A stretch of DNA of 51,059 bases from Candidatus Woesearchaeota archaeon (GCA_964437455.1 CAYTGG010000002.1:1-51059); one strand, 5' to 3'; positions 27,053-36,928 are shown, counted from the stretch's first letter. The notes: generated from the letters alone by a model not told the origin. Numbers and translations are program-made.

Positions 27053-27592
27053 ATGAAATCTAAAATTTCTAAAAACTTTTTTCAGAGAAAAGCAGACTTA
27101 GTTGCTAGAGATATCCTCGGAAAGATTTTAATTAGGAAATTGAAGGGAAAAATTCTGAAAGCAAAAATAGTGGAAACAGAAGCATATTTTGATGAAAATG
27201 ATCCTGCTTCAAGAGCATGTAAAAATGGAGATTTAAGAGAAACAATGCAAATGAAGCCAGGAACTATTCTTGTTTATGGAGTTCATAATAATTGGTTGAT
27301 TAATTTTGTAACAGGTAAAGAAAAAGAAGCTTCAGCAGTTTTAATAAGAGCATTGCAACCATTAAATTTTAATTATAATTGTTCTGGACCAGGGTTGTTA
27401 ACAAAATCTTTACAGATAAATAAAGAATTTCATAAAAAAGATTTGTTGAATTGTAATAATTTAATATTAGAAGAATCTAAAAAATTAGAAGATTTTGATA
27501 TTGTAAGTTCAAGAAGAATTGGAATTAAAAAAGATTTATTACAAAATTTAAGATTTTATATCAAAGATAATCAATTTATTAGCAAAAAATGA
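27053..27592 (+). CDS. mpg: DNA-3-methyladenine glycosylase, MPG/AAG family
   Basis: LVARDILGKIL...AKIVETEAYFDENDPASRA...GTILVYGVHNNWLINFVT...AVLIRALQP...GPGLLTKSLQI follows the AAG-family pattern. Confidence 0.85.
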   Translation: MKSKISKNFFQRKADLVARDILGKILIRKLKGKILKAKIVETEAYFDENDPASRACKNGDLRETMQMKPGTILVYGVHNNWLINFVTGKEKEASAVLIRALQPLNFNYNCSGPGLLTKSLQINKEFHKKDLLNCNNLILEESKKLEDFDIVSSRRIGIKKDLLQNLRFYIKDNQFISKK

Positions 27593-28389
27593 ATAAAAAA
27601 GAATTAATAAAAAAAATAGTTGAAAAAAAAGAATTTTCACAACTTCAGCAGGAAGATGTAGAATTAGCTTTTGAAAAATTTAATAAAGAGGTCTATTGTG
27701 ATGAAGAAAAGATTAAAAAAACTAGAGATTTATTAAGGAAAGTATTCTCTGGTTTTACAAGTCAAAAATTATTGCTTCCTAAAGATAAAGATGAATCTTG
27801 GTTTTTACATAAACATCTTTCAACAAGAGAAAGAAAGTCTAACTATGAAGAAATTTATAAAAAAATTCTAAAAAATTTACCAAAAAAATTAACTATTGTT
27901 GATTTAGGTGCAGGAATAAATGGATTTAGTTATAATTATTTTAAAAAGTTGGATTATGAAGTAAACTATATTGCTGTAGAGAGTATGGGGCAACTTTCAG
28001 AATTAATGAATTCTTATTTTAAAAAAGAAAATATTTTTGGAAAAGCTTATTCTTTAAGTTTATTTAAATTAGATAAAATTAAGGAATTAATTAAAAAGCA
28101 AAAAAAACCTATAATTGTTTTTTTATTTAAGGTTATAGACTCTCTGGAAATGTTGAAAAAAAATTACTCTAAAAAATTAATTTTAGAAATTTCAGATTTA
28201 TCAGAAAGGATGATAGTTAGTTTTTCTATTCAAAGTATGAATAAAAGAAAAAAATTTTTTGTTAGAAGAAATTGGATTCTTGATTTTATAAAAGATACTT
28301 TTAATGTTCTTGAAGATTTCGAAATAAATGGAGAGAGATATATTGTTTTTGATAAGAAAAAGAGAAATTTGTTTAATTCTTTTCCATAA
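27589..28389 (+). CDS. SAM-dependent 16S rRNA methyltransferase of the Rmt/ArmA/FmrO (m7G1405) family
   Basis: Collinear with RmtB as I recall it: HLSTRERKSNYEEIYKKIL (HASTKERL...), TIVDLGAGINGFSY (VLDIACGLNPLAL), FLFKVIDSLE (LIFKLLPLLE), MIVSFSIQS (MAVSFPTRS); ATGA overlap with mpg. Confidence 0.7.
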   Translation: MNKKELIKKIVEKKEFSQLQQEDVELAFEKFNKEVYCDEEKIKKTRDLLRKVFSGFTSQKLLLPKDKDESWFLHKHLSTRERKSNYEEIYKKILKNLPKKLTIVDLGAGINGFSYNYFKKLDYEVNYIAVESMGQLSELMNSYFKKENIFGKAYSLSLFKLDKIKELIKKQKKPIIVFLFKVIDSLEMLKKNYSKKLILEISDLSERMIVSFSIQSMNKRKKFFVRRNWILDFIKDTFNVLEDFEINGERYIVFDKKKRNLFNSFP

Positions 28390-28440
28390 AATTTATAAAA
28401 AGAGTAATCTTTAAGATATTAATTAAATGAGGTTTTTTAT

Positions 28441-28602
28441 ATGGATCAAGAACAACAGGCACCTGTAGTTGAGAAATCTCCAATTTCTTCAAGTCCTTCA
28501 GGAGAAGCTCCAAAAAAGAAGTTTTATTATAGTTGGTGGTTCTGGACTATTTTAATTCTTATTATTCTGGGAATAGTTGCTTATTTTTTAAATTTATTTT
28601 AA
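28441..28602 (+). CDS. small tail-anchored membrane protein (53 aa)
   Basis: MDQEQQAPVVEKSPISSSPSGEAPKKKFYYSWWFWTILILIILGIVAYFLNLF; GAGG upstream; below the track cutoff. Confidence 0.45.
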   Translation: MDQEQQAPVVEKSPISSSPSGEAPKKKFYYSWWFWTILILIILGIVAYFLNLF

Positions 28603-28640
28603 TGATTATATTTATATAGTTTAATTTTTATTTTCCATCT

Positions 28641-29843
28641 ATGAAGATAAGATTTTATAAAAAAATTGTTAAAGGAATAACTATTCTTTTTGAAAAGAGG
28701 AATATTCCAGTAGTTAGTATTGCATTTGCAATTAAGCATGGAGGAATTAATGAATCTCCTTCAGAAAAAGGAATTTCTCATTTTATAGAACATATGTTAT
28801 ATAAAGGGACTGAAAAAAGAAATTCAAAAAAAATTGCAGAAGAGATAGAAAAAAGAGGAGGAGAATTGAATGGACTTACAGATGAGATTTTAACAGCTTA
28901 CTGGTGTAAGTTACCTTCTAAATATTTAGATGTTGGATTAGATGTTTTAGGAGATATGATAAAAAATCCTCTTTTTGATGAAAAAGAAATAGAAAAAGAG
29001 AGAAAGGTTATTTTTGAGGAGATTAAAATGAATGAGGATAATCCTATTCGTTATTCTTTTGATGGAATTCAGAAATTGCTTTACACTGGAACTGTTGGAA
29101 TGCCTCTCGCTGGAACTTACGAAACTATGAATTCTATAGGAAAAGAGAAACTTTTTGAAAAATTTAAAGAGGTATATAAATCTAATAATCTTATCTTAGG
29201 AGTAGTTGGAAATGCTGATTTTGATAAAATCTGTGATTTTGTGGATAAGAATTTTGAATATCAAAAAGGAAAAATTCCCGAACAAGAATTTGATTTGAAA
29301 AATGAATCAAAAATAGAAAAAAGGGCTGGAATAAATCAAACTAATATGATTTTAGCATATCACATACCTATAGCAATAGATAAAAGATGTTATGCCGCAA
29401 GAGTTCTAAATGAAATTCTAACTGGAGGACTTTCTTCAAGATTATTTGAAGAGATAAGAGAGAAAAGAAATTTAGCTTATTCTATAAAAGGAATATCAGA
29501 GATAACAAAAAATTATGCTTATACTCTAATTTATGTGGGAACAACAAAAGAAAGAGTAGATGAAGTTAAAAAAATAATTTTAAAAGAAATAAGAAAAGTT
29601 TATGAAACTTTAACCTCCAAAGAGTTAGAAGAAATAAAAGAACAATTAATAGGTAATTATCAAATATCTATGGAAGATTCTCAATCTCAATTAATAAATC
29701 TTATTTATTCCGAAACTGTTTCAAAAGCAGAAGATTTTTATAATTTTGAAAAAAATATAAAAAATGTTAAACTGGATGAAGTTAAAGATTTAGCTAGAAA
29801 AGCAACTGAAAAATATAGCTTATTTATTCTTATGCCTGAATGA
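28641..29843 (+). CDS. M16-family (pitrilysin/insulinase-like) zinc peptidase
   Basis: Inverted zincin motif HFIEHMLYKGT (HxxEH) with downstream E in EEIEKRGGELNG; about 400 aa, two-domain length. Confidence 0.85.
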   Translation: MKIRFYKKIVKGITILFEKRNIPVVSIAFAIKHGGINESPSEKGISHFIEHMLYKGTEKRNSKKIAEEIEKRGGELNGLTDEILTAYWCKLPSKYLDVGLDVLGDMIKNPLFDEKEIEKERKVIFEEIKMNEDNPIRYSFDGIQKLLYTGTVGMPLAGTYETMNSIGKEKLFEKFKEVYKSNNLILGVVGNADFDKICDFVDKNFEYQKGKIPEQEFDLKNESKIEKRAGINQTNMILAYHIPIAIDKRCYAARVLNEILTGGLSSRLFEEIREKRNLAYSIKGISEITKNYAYTLIYVGTTKERVDEVKKIILKEIRKVYETLTSKELEEIKEQLIGNYQISMEDSQSQLINLIYSETVSKAEDFYNFEKNIKNVKLDEVKDLARKATEKYSLFILMPE

Positions 29844-30682
29844 TTAGTTTTAAAAACTCTTTTTTAATTTCTTTTTTTATGACCTTTATAATAAAAGTTC
29901 CTGGAATAAATGGATTAGGAAAGACTAAGGGATGTGAAAAAGCTCCTAATGAAATTATAAAGAGTCTTAATTTGATCTATTCAAACGAACAGAAAAAGAT
30001 TATAGATTCTTCTCTCTTAGAATTAGAAGAAATCCATCTTGATAATGGAAATCTTGAGGAAACTAATAATTTAATTTATAAAAATTCTTTAAAGGCTTTT
30101 GAAGAAAAGAATAAAATTTTTTTTCTTGGAGGAGATCATTCTATAAGTTATTCTTTAGTAAAAGCATTTTTTGATCATACTAAAAAATTAGACGAAAAAC
30201 CTTGCTTAATTGTATTTGATGCTCATCCTGACTGTATGGAACCTATGAAAGAGCCTACTTTTGAAGAATGGCTAAGAAAATTGATAGAAGAAGGTTTTCC
30301 TGCAGAGAATGTTCTTTTGGTTGGAGTTAGAAATTTCTGGAGAGATGAAATTATTTTTTTAAAAGAAAAAGGAGTACGAATGATGGATATGAATTCTTTG
30401 TTGGAAGACTTGAACGATTCTTGTGATATTTTAATGGAGTTTTCAAATGGAAAACAACTTTATATTTCAATAGATATTGATGTTATTGATCCAGCCTTTG
30501 CACCTGCTACAGGAAATCCAGAACCAGGAGGTTTAACAAGCAGAGAATTTATTTACTTAATCTCAAGAATTAACAAAATGATAAATTTAAAAGCAATTGA
30601 TTTAGTTGAGATTAATCCAGATAAAGATAAAGGGGAATTAACAGTTAAATTGGGAGCTAAGATTCTCGCAGAATTTTTATAG
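29840..30682 (+). CDS. agmatinase/arginase-family ureohydrolase
   Basis: Mn-binding motifs GGDHSISY, VFDAHPD, SIDIDVIDPAFAPATGNPEPGGLT; the true start may be ATG 29879 (MTFIIKVPG). Confidence 0.8.
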   Translation: MISFKNSFLISFFMTFIIKVPGINGLGKTKGCEKAPNEIIKSLNLIYSNEQKKIIDSSLLELEEIHLDNGNLEETNNLIYKNSLKAFEEKNKIFFLGGDHSISYSLVKAFFDHTKKLDEKPCLIVFDAHPDCMEPMKEPTFEEWLRKLIEEGFPAENVLLVGVRNFWRDEIIFLKEKGVRMMDMNSLLEDLNDSCDILMEFSNGKQLYISIDIDVIDPAFAPATGNPEPGGLTSREFIYLISRINKMINLKAIDLVEINPDKDKGELTVKLGAKILAEFL

Positions 30683-30759
30683 CTCTTCAAGAAAATATAA
30701 ATTTTAGATGCTTATTTAAGAAAATTATTAAAGATATTATACTCTTAAGTTAATAGAAT

Positions 30760-31296
30760 ATGGTCCGTGCATTTATCTCAATTGATATTCCTGAAGAAAT
30801 TAGAAAAGAAATTATAAAAATTCAAGATAGTCTTCCTCAATTTATTGGAAAAAAAACAGAATCAGAAAATTTACATTTAACATTAAAATTTTTAGGAGAA
30901 ATAGAAGGAGATAAATTAAAAGAAATTAAAAAAAGATTAGAAAAAATTAATTTTAATAAATTCGAAGCTGAAATAGGAGAAATAGGAACCTTTTCTGAGA
31001 AATATGTTAGAATTATCTGGGTGTCTATAACTAATTGTGAGGAATTACAGATTAAAATTGATGAAATTTTATCAGATATATCTCCGAAAGAAAAAAGGTT
31101 TATGGGTCATTTAACTATTGCGAGAATTAAAAAAATAAAAAATAGGGAGAATTTTTTAAATAATCTGAAAAAAATAGAGATTCCAAAAACAAAATTTATT
31201 GTTAATAATTTTAAACTGAAGAAATCAATTTTAACAGAGAAAAAACCAATTTATGAAGATATAAAAATTTACTCTGCAATAGAAAATATAAAATAA
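30760..31296 (+). CDS. thpR: RNA 2',3'-cyclic phosphodiesterase (2H family, LigT/ThpR)
   Basis: Two HxTx motifs: HLTLKFLG and HLTIAR, at typical spacing in a 178-aa protein. Confidence 0.85.
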   Translation: MVRAFISIDIPEEIRKEIIKIQDSLPQFIGKKTESENLHLTLKFLGEIEGDKLKEIKKRLEKINFNKFEAEIGEIGTFSEKYVRIIWVSITNCEELQIKIDEILSDISPKEKRFMGHLTIARIKKIKNRENFLNNLKKIEIPKTKFIVNNFKLKKSILTEKKPIYEDIKIYSAIENIK

Positions 31297-31386
31297 TAGA
31301 TTATAGAAGTTTTATAACTTTTTCGTTTTTTAAAAGTTATTTTAAAATATATAATCTTTTAAAAATGAAAATTAATATCTGTTTTT

Positions 31387-32496
31387 ATGAAAAAAGAAAT
31401 AGAGATGAAAAGAGATTTTCCTTATAAAAGCGATTTTGAGAAAAAAGTTCTTGATTATTGTAAAGATTTTGGAGGTTTGAAGAATATGCATATACATGGA
31501 GATAGAGCATATACAAGAAAAGATGAATTTTACTCTCATATAGGAAAATCTATTCAGGATTTAGAAAATATCTCTCTTCCTGAAAAACAAAAACTTACAT
31601 GGGCATTACATAAGGGTAGAGCTTTTCATTCTGATTGTCTTAGAGAAAGAGGAGAAAGATTGTTAGATGAATCTATAAAATTTGGAGTTACAGAATTGAA
31701 TACAACTGTTGATATTACTTATAATACTAAACTGAAAAGTTTAGATGTGTGGGAGAAATTAAAAAAAGATTATTCTGAAAAAATTAAAGTAAATATATTT
31801 GCTTATAATCCCTCGGGTTTTAAAGTTAAAGGATTAGATGATGAAAGATATGAACTCTTTGAAGAGGGAGTTAGAAGAGCAGATGGAATTGTTGCTCTTG
31901 CAGAAAAAGATAGAAAAGAAGGGCATATAGGAGAAAGACAGCATAATTTGTATTTAGGTTCTCTTTCTCATAAATTTCAAAAACCTGTTCAGTATCATGT
32001 TGGACAAGAAAATAGGCCTTCTGATAAGACTATAGAAATATTATTAGAAGATTTAGCTTTTTTACAAGATGTTCATTTTAGAGAATCTCCAAATATATTT
32101 CCTAAACAATTTATTGTTCATGGAATTTCTTCTTCTTGCAAATCTGAAGAAGAACTTAATAAAATAATTGATGAGACAGCTAAAAGAGATATTTCTTTGA
32201 TTATATGCTCTAGAGCTGCAGTATCTATGTATCAGGATAAAAAGATATTAGCTCCTATTCATAATTCCATAGCAAAAGCATGGAATTATATTACTAAAGG
32301 CGTTGATACTTTTTTAGGAGTAGATAATTTAAATGATATATTTGTTCCTGCTTCAAGTCCAGATTTATATGAAGAATCAGAGTATCTTGCAAATTCTTTA
32401 AGAGGTTATTCAGAAAGACTTCTTGCAAAGATTTTATGTGGAAAAAAATTTGATGATTTTGATAGGGGAAGTCTAGAAAGAATAATTAAGGATTAA
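31387..32496 (+). CDS. amidohydrolase-superfamily protein, cytosine-deaminase-like
   Basis: MHIHGDRA (HxHxD), VQYHVGQE, FIVHG, LGVDNLND occur in the order of the metal/catalytic motifs of CodA-like enzymes; tentative. Confidence 0.5.
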   Translation: MKKEIEMKRDFPYKSDFEKKVLDYCKDFGGLKNMHIHGDRAYTRKDEFYSHIGKSIQDLENISLPEKQKLTWALHKGRAFHSDCLRERGERLLDESIKFGVTELNTTVDITYNTKLKSLDVWEKLKKDYSEKIKVNIFAYNPSGFKVKGLDDERYELFEEGVRRADGIVALAEKDRKEGHIGERQHNLYLGSLSHKFQKPVQYHVGQENRPSDKTIEILLEDLAFLQDVHFRESPNIFPKQFIVHGISSSCKSEEELNKIIDETAKRDISLIICSRAAVSMYQDKKILAPIHNSIAKAWNYITKGVDTFLGVDNLNDIFVPASSPDLYEESEYLANSLRGYSERLLAKILCGKKFDDFDRGSLERIIKD

Positions 32497-33113
32497 TATC
32501 CCTCCTCAAGAATTCTAAATATTTCTGCCCTTTTTCCTATTACTTTTTTCAATTCTTCTTCAGAAGAATTAAATGTATTTTTAATTGTTTTAAATTCATT
32601 TAATAATTTTCTTGCTGTTTTAGGGCCTATTCCTGGAAAACTCTCTAGAATAAGTTGTATTCTTTCTCTTTTATTTAGAGATTTCTTTTTTACATTTAAG
32701 GGAAGTTCCTTTGCTTCCTTTTTTGCTAGAATGCTAATATATTTTGCAGTATCTTCACAATTCTTTGAAAAAATTATTGGTGTTTTATATTTTAGAATTA
32801 TAGATAACAAAAAGCCTCTTATAGCATTTCCATTAACTCCAGTTTCCTCATCATTATATAATTCTTCTTCATCAATACCTTCTATTATTATTAATCTGTT
32901 TTCATACTGTTGAATCTCTTCTAATTGTCTTAGAATCCTTTTATTAATCATAGAGGAAATAAAATCTTTAACAGTCTTTCTTTCAATTGCGACATCTTTT
33001 ACAAGATAATCTGCTACTTTTAACTCCTTAAACTCAATTTCTAAACCTTCTTTAATAAGTTTTGAAGCTACTAAACAATTTTTCTCTCTATAATCTATTA
33101 TTATTTTTTCCAT
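32493..33113 (-). CDS. ERCC4/XPF-type nuclease with C-terminal (HhH)2 (Hef nuclease module)
   Basis: IIDYREKN...VADY...AIERKTVKDFISS (ERK motif), C-terminus FPGIGPKTARKLL HhH. Confidence 0.85.
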   Translation of the reverse strand: MEKIIIDYREKNCLVASKLIKEGLEIEFKELKVADYLVKDVAIERKTVKDFISSMINKRILRQLEEIQQYENRLIIIEGIDEEELYNDEETGVNGNAIRGFLLSIILKYKTPIIFSKNCEDTAKYISILAKKEAKELPLNVKKKSLNKRERIQLILESFPGIGPKTARKLLNEFKTIKNTFNSSEEELKKVIGKRAEIFRILEEGY

Positions 33114-33115
33114 TT

Positions 33116-34672
33116 TTATTTTAATTCTTTTTGAAATTCTTTCTTCTTTTCTTTTAAATTTTCTTTTATTAAATCAATAGTTTTATACATCTTTTTTTCT
33201 CTACTTCTCGAAACATAATAAAAAGTTTCATCTCTAGTCTTTTTAGTTATTATTATAATCAACCTCCCTTTCATTAATCTAGCTGTTCTTCCTGCTCTTT
33301 GTATGGTTCTTATTGCACTTGGAATAGGTTCATAGAATATTACTGCGTTAACTTCTGGAATATCAAGTCCTTCTTCTCCTATAGAAGTTGCAACTAGAAC
33401 ATTTATATTTCCTGAAGAGAAATCTTCTATTACTTTTTTCTGCTCTTTTTGATTTAATCCAGTTGATTCTTTTCCATTAATTCTTTTTGCTTGTCCAACA
33501 AAAATTTTTGATTTTATATCTTTAATCTCATTAATTTTTCTGGATATAATCAATGCAGTATTTCTAAATTGAGTGAAAATCATTATCTTCATATTTCCAT
33601 TTTTTTCTTTCTCTCTCTTAATTAACTCTACAATTTTTTCAATTTTTGGATGCTCCATTTTCTTTATAAGTAATTCATTTGATGAAGAATAAACAAAATT
33701 AAATTCAGGTTTTGCAACCAATTTCACTACTCCTTTACTTTCTTTATTTTTAGCTTGCTTAAACAATTTATTTAAATATTCATTGAAACTCTCTAAAGTC
33801 TGCGTTTCTAATAACTCTAATGCATGTTGAATCTTTATTGCTTGAGCACAAGCACTTAATCCTAAGAGATAATTATAATTCTTATTTCCTCTAGATAAAT
33901 TACCTATCATTCTTTTTTGTAAATTCAAGAGTTCTATTTTTGAAGAAGGTCCAAATAAAACTCTTCTGTATCTTAATTCTTCCACATAACTTTCAAGAAG
34001 TTTATTCAAGACTTGTCTAATTTCCTCAAACTGAGGAGGGAAGTCTACATTTATCTTTTCAAATTCTAATTTCTGGAGATAACTTTGTACGTCGTCACTT
34101 TCTCTAGTTCTCAATTCAACATCTTCTATATCTAGATTTTTACATATTTCCTTTATCTTTGAGGAATCACTTCCTGGAGAAGCAGTAAGTCCTAAAATTC
34201 TTTGATGAAGAGCCTGATTTTTATATTTTTGAGCTACAAAATTATAATCATAATTTTTTATACATCTATGTGCTTCGTCTTCTACTAAGAGACAAACTTC
34301 TTCTAAATTATAAAGATTGTTTTTTAAATCATTTGCGACACATTGAGGAGTTGAAAATATTATATCTGCTGTCTCAAAAATCTTTTTTCTTTGTTCTGGT
34401 TTTATTCTTCCAGTGAATAATTGTATATCTGAAAATAATTCTGGAAGATGCTTTTTGAAAGTATTTAAATGTTGTTCAGCTAAAGGACGAGTAGGTGCCA
34501 AAATTAAAACTTTTTCTCCAGGAAAACTCTTCATTCTTTCTATAGTCAACATTAAAGCAACTAAAGTCTTTCCAAGTCCTGTTGGAAGCACAACTAAACA
34601 ATTCTTTTTAATACATTCTTCAAAAATCTTTTGCTGATATTCTCTTGGAATAATCTTTTTTAGAAAATCCAT
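33116..34672 (-). CDS. hef: Hef/FANCM-like SF2 helicase (DEAH box)
   Basis: PTGLGKT (motif I), LLVEDEAHR (DEAH), TASPG, inserted helical domain, VATSIGEEGLDIP, QRAGRTAR; 2-nt gap to the nuclease gene. Confidence 0.85.
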   Translation of the reverse strand: MDFLKKIIPREYQQKIFEECIKKNCLVVLPTGLGKTLVALMLTIERMKSFPGEKVLILAPTRPLAEQHLNTFKKHLPELFSDIQLFTGRIKPEQRKKIFETADIIFSTPQCVANDLKNNLYNLEEVCLLVEDEAHRCIKNYDYNFVAQKYKNQALHQRILGLTASPGSDSSKIKEICKNLDIEDVELRTRESDDVQSYLQKLEFEKINVDFPPQFEEIRQVLNKLLESYVEELRYRRVLFGPSSKIELLNLQKRMIGNLSRGNKNYNYLLGLSACAQAIKIQHALELLETQTLESFNEYLNKLFKQAKNKESKGVVKLVAKPEFNFVYSSSNELLIKKMEHPKIEKIVELIKREKEKNGNMKIMIFTQFRNTALIISRKINEIKDIKSKIFVGQAKRINGKESTGLNQKEQKKVIEDFSSGNINVLVATSIGEEGLDIPEVNAVIFYEPIPSAIRTIQRAGRTARLMKGRLIIIITKKTRDETFYYVSRSREKKMYKTIDLIKENLKEKKKEFQKELK

Positions 34673-34708
34673 TTTTATTTGGTAATCTTTCCAAAAATTT
34701 AATTTTAT

Positions 34709-35341
34709 TTAAATACTGAATATAATAAACATCATTCCTATCAATACTAACAAAGACAAAAAACTCCATAAGATAAAACTTCCAAAAAATATCTTATTTC
34801 CATCTAAATCAGATATAGGAAGAAGATTAAACAGAGCATAATAAATATTAAGTTTCGCAAATAAAGGAAGATCTATTAAATAACCTATTATTCCGAATAA
34901 AATGTTTGCAATTATTCCTGACGCAGCTATTAATCCTAAGTGATATTCTGTCATCTCTGAGAAATTATATAAACCATATCTTTTTGCTGCTCTGTAAACT
35001 TTGGGCTTTACATCAAAGACTAAAGAAGCCATCCATACAAAATTACTAAATGGAAATAAAACTATTTTTGAAATTAAAGGAAAAAATGCTCCTGCTAAAA
35101 ATGGCTTTTTAAAATATTCATGAGTTTTAAAGCCATATCTCTTTAATTCCCATAAACTTATCTCTATTTCTGAATCAAGATAAAATGAAGATATCTTTTT
35201 TGCGATTATATTTATTGAGATTATTACAAAAATAGATAAACAAACATAAAGGAAAATTTCAAATGATTTTAAAAGTGTTGTTGCAAATCCTATAATTAAT
35301 GTTATTATAACTATATTGATTATTTCCTTCTGATTCAACAT
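34709..35341 (-). CDS. M50 (site-2 protease)-like membrane protein lacking a canonical HExxH
   Basis: C-terminal NLLPISDLDG fits NxxPxxxLDG exactly; polytopic; the only HE is HEYFK. Confidence 0.55.
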   Translation of the reverse strand: MLNQKEIINIVIITLIIGFATTLLKSFEIFLYVCLSIFVIISINIIAKKISSFYLDSEIEISLWELKRYGFKTHEYFKKPFLAGAFFPLISKIVLFPFSNFVWMASLVFDVKPKVYRAAKRYGLYNFSEMTEYHLGLIAASGIIANILFGIIGYLIDLPLFAKLNIYYALFNLLPISDLDGNKIFFGSFILWSFLSLLVLIGMMFIIFSI

Positions 35342-35467
35342 TTTTAATTTTTTTAAAGATCGTTTTTAGATTAATTTTATTAAAGTCTCTATTTAAAGAT
35401 TAATCTTTTCAATTTAATTGATTATCTCAAGTTTAAATTTCTTATAAAGTTTGTTATATTTTTTAAT

Positions 35468-35785
35468 ATGGAAAATTATTTAAATAGAATATTACATATT
35501 TTAAGAATGAGAGTAAAGAGATTAACAGAAGTTTTGGGAACTAAGGTTTATACAGACTCAGGAGATTTTTTTGGAGAAGTAGAAGAAGCTAATCTTCAAG
35601 AAAATAAAATTGCTGGATGGAGGATAAAAGTTGGAGGAAACATAATTTCTTTAATAGGCGGTGCAAAAGGAGTAATAATTCCTCATCACTTTGTAAAAGC
35701 TATAAGTGATATTTTTATAATAAATAAATCAGCATTACCTAGTCCCGATTCAGAAGTAGAAGAAATGTCTGAGAATTTAATCTAG
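35468..35785 (+). CDS. PRC-barrel domain protein
   Basis: VLGTKVYTDSGDFFGEVEEANLQENKIAGWRIKVGG...GVIIPHHFVKAISDIFII; the start may be ATG 35507. Confidence 0.7.
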   Translation: MENYLNRILHILRMRVKRLTEVLGTKVYTDSGDFFGEVEEANLQENKIAGWRIKVGGNIISLIGGAKGVIIPHHFVKAISDIFIINKSALPSPDSEVEEMSENLI

Positions 35786-35786
35786 A

Positions 35787-36275
35787 ATGGAAACATTATT
35801 GCAACATGAACTTTTAACAAATTTTGTATATCCTTTTCTTTTAATATTCTTTCTTGTTTTTGCTATTCTTGAAAAAACAAAACTTTTTGGAGATGCTAAA
35901 CAACAACTTAACGCTCTTTTATCTTTTGTTGTAGGATTAATCTTCATAGCAGCAGTTAGGCCTAAGATTATGGTAGAAAATCTAATTTTATTTATGACTA
36001 TAGCAATTGTAATTGTTTTTATAGTATTATTATTGTGGGGTTTTATTTCAGGAGGAGATAATGGTTTTAAAATTGAAAATTGGATGAAGTGGTTCTTATG
36101 GGTCTTAGCAGGAGTTGCTGTATTTATTGCTGTTTTGTGGGTAACTGGAATTGAAGGAACTATTATTGATGCTATCTTTGGACAAGATTGGAGTGGAGCT
36201 TTTTGGACAAATCTTATTTTTATAATCATAATTGCTCTTGCTCTAGCAATAGTCTTAGTTAAAAATAAAAAATAA
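35787..36275 (+). CDS. membrane protein (4-5 TM), paralog of 36350..36928
   Basis: NFVYPFLLIFFLVFAILEKTKLFG versus SYVLPFLLIFALVFGILSRIKIFSG; 1-nt gap after the PRC-barrel gene. Confidence 0.7.
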   Translation: METLLQHELLTNFVYPFLLIFFLVFAILEKTKLFGDAKQQLNALLSFVVGLIFIAAVRPKIMVENLILFMTIAIVIVFIVLLLWGFISGGDNGFKIENWMKWFLWVLAGVAVFIAVLWVTGIEGTIIDAIFGQDWSGAFWTNLIFIIIIALALAIVLVKNKK

Positions 36276-36349
36276 ATAATTAAGCTTCTTTAGATTAGAA
36301 AAAAATAAAATATCAAAACTTATTTAAATACATATTTATTCTATATCTT

Positions 36350-36928
36350 ATGATGGAGACTTTACTATTATCATCTTATTCCTATTTTGGAGGAGGAACT
36401 ATAGGAAATATATTCTCTAGATGGGAGCAAGAGGGTTTCTTTAGTTATGTTCTTCCTTTTTTGTTAATATTCGCTTTGGTCTTTGGAATTTTATCAAGAA
36501 TAAAAATATTCTCTGGTAAAAATAAAGATGAACCAAATAATGCAGTGAATGGAATTTTATCTTTTGTTATTGCTTTAATGTCTTTACAATTTGATTTTGT
36601 TCCTGTATTTTTTTCAGAAGTTTTTCCTAGATTGGGTGTAGGTTTAGCAGTTATCTTAATTGCAATAATACTTTTGGGATTCTTTATGCCTAAGAAAGCT
36701 TGGGGAGATTATGTATTTTTAGGAATTGGAGGTATAATCTTCTTAATAATATTAAACAAAAGTTTTGATCTTTTAAGTTGGACTCAATTTATATCTTCAG
36801 AATTTAAAACATTAATAGTTACTTTAATTGTAGTATTTGTTGTTATTGCAATTATAATTGGAGCTTCAAGAAATAATAAAGATGATTCTCCTTCTTCATT
36901 AATGATGAGAGCACTTGGTCAAAGCTAA
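36350..36928 (+). CDS. membrane protein (4-5 TM), paralog of 35787..36275
   Basis: See above; same topology. Confidence 0.7.
   Translation: MMETLLLSSYSYFGGGTIGNIFSRWEQEGFFSYVLPFLLIFALVFGILSRIKIFSGKNKDEPNNAVNGILSFVIALMSLQFDFVPVFFSEVFPRLGVGLAVILIAIILLGFFMPKKAWGDYVFLGIGGIIFLIILNKSFDLLSWTQFISSEFKTLIVTLIVVFVVIAIIIGASRNNKDDSPSSLMMRALGQS

Noticed and set aside
35777-36229. 150-aa minus-strand ORF
   Set aside because: It lies antisense to the membrane-protein gene 35787..36275, which has a paralog downstream. Its translation is low-complexity (Ile/Lys/Thr/Pro-rich).
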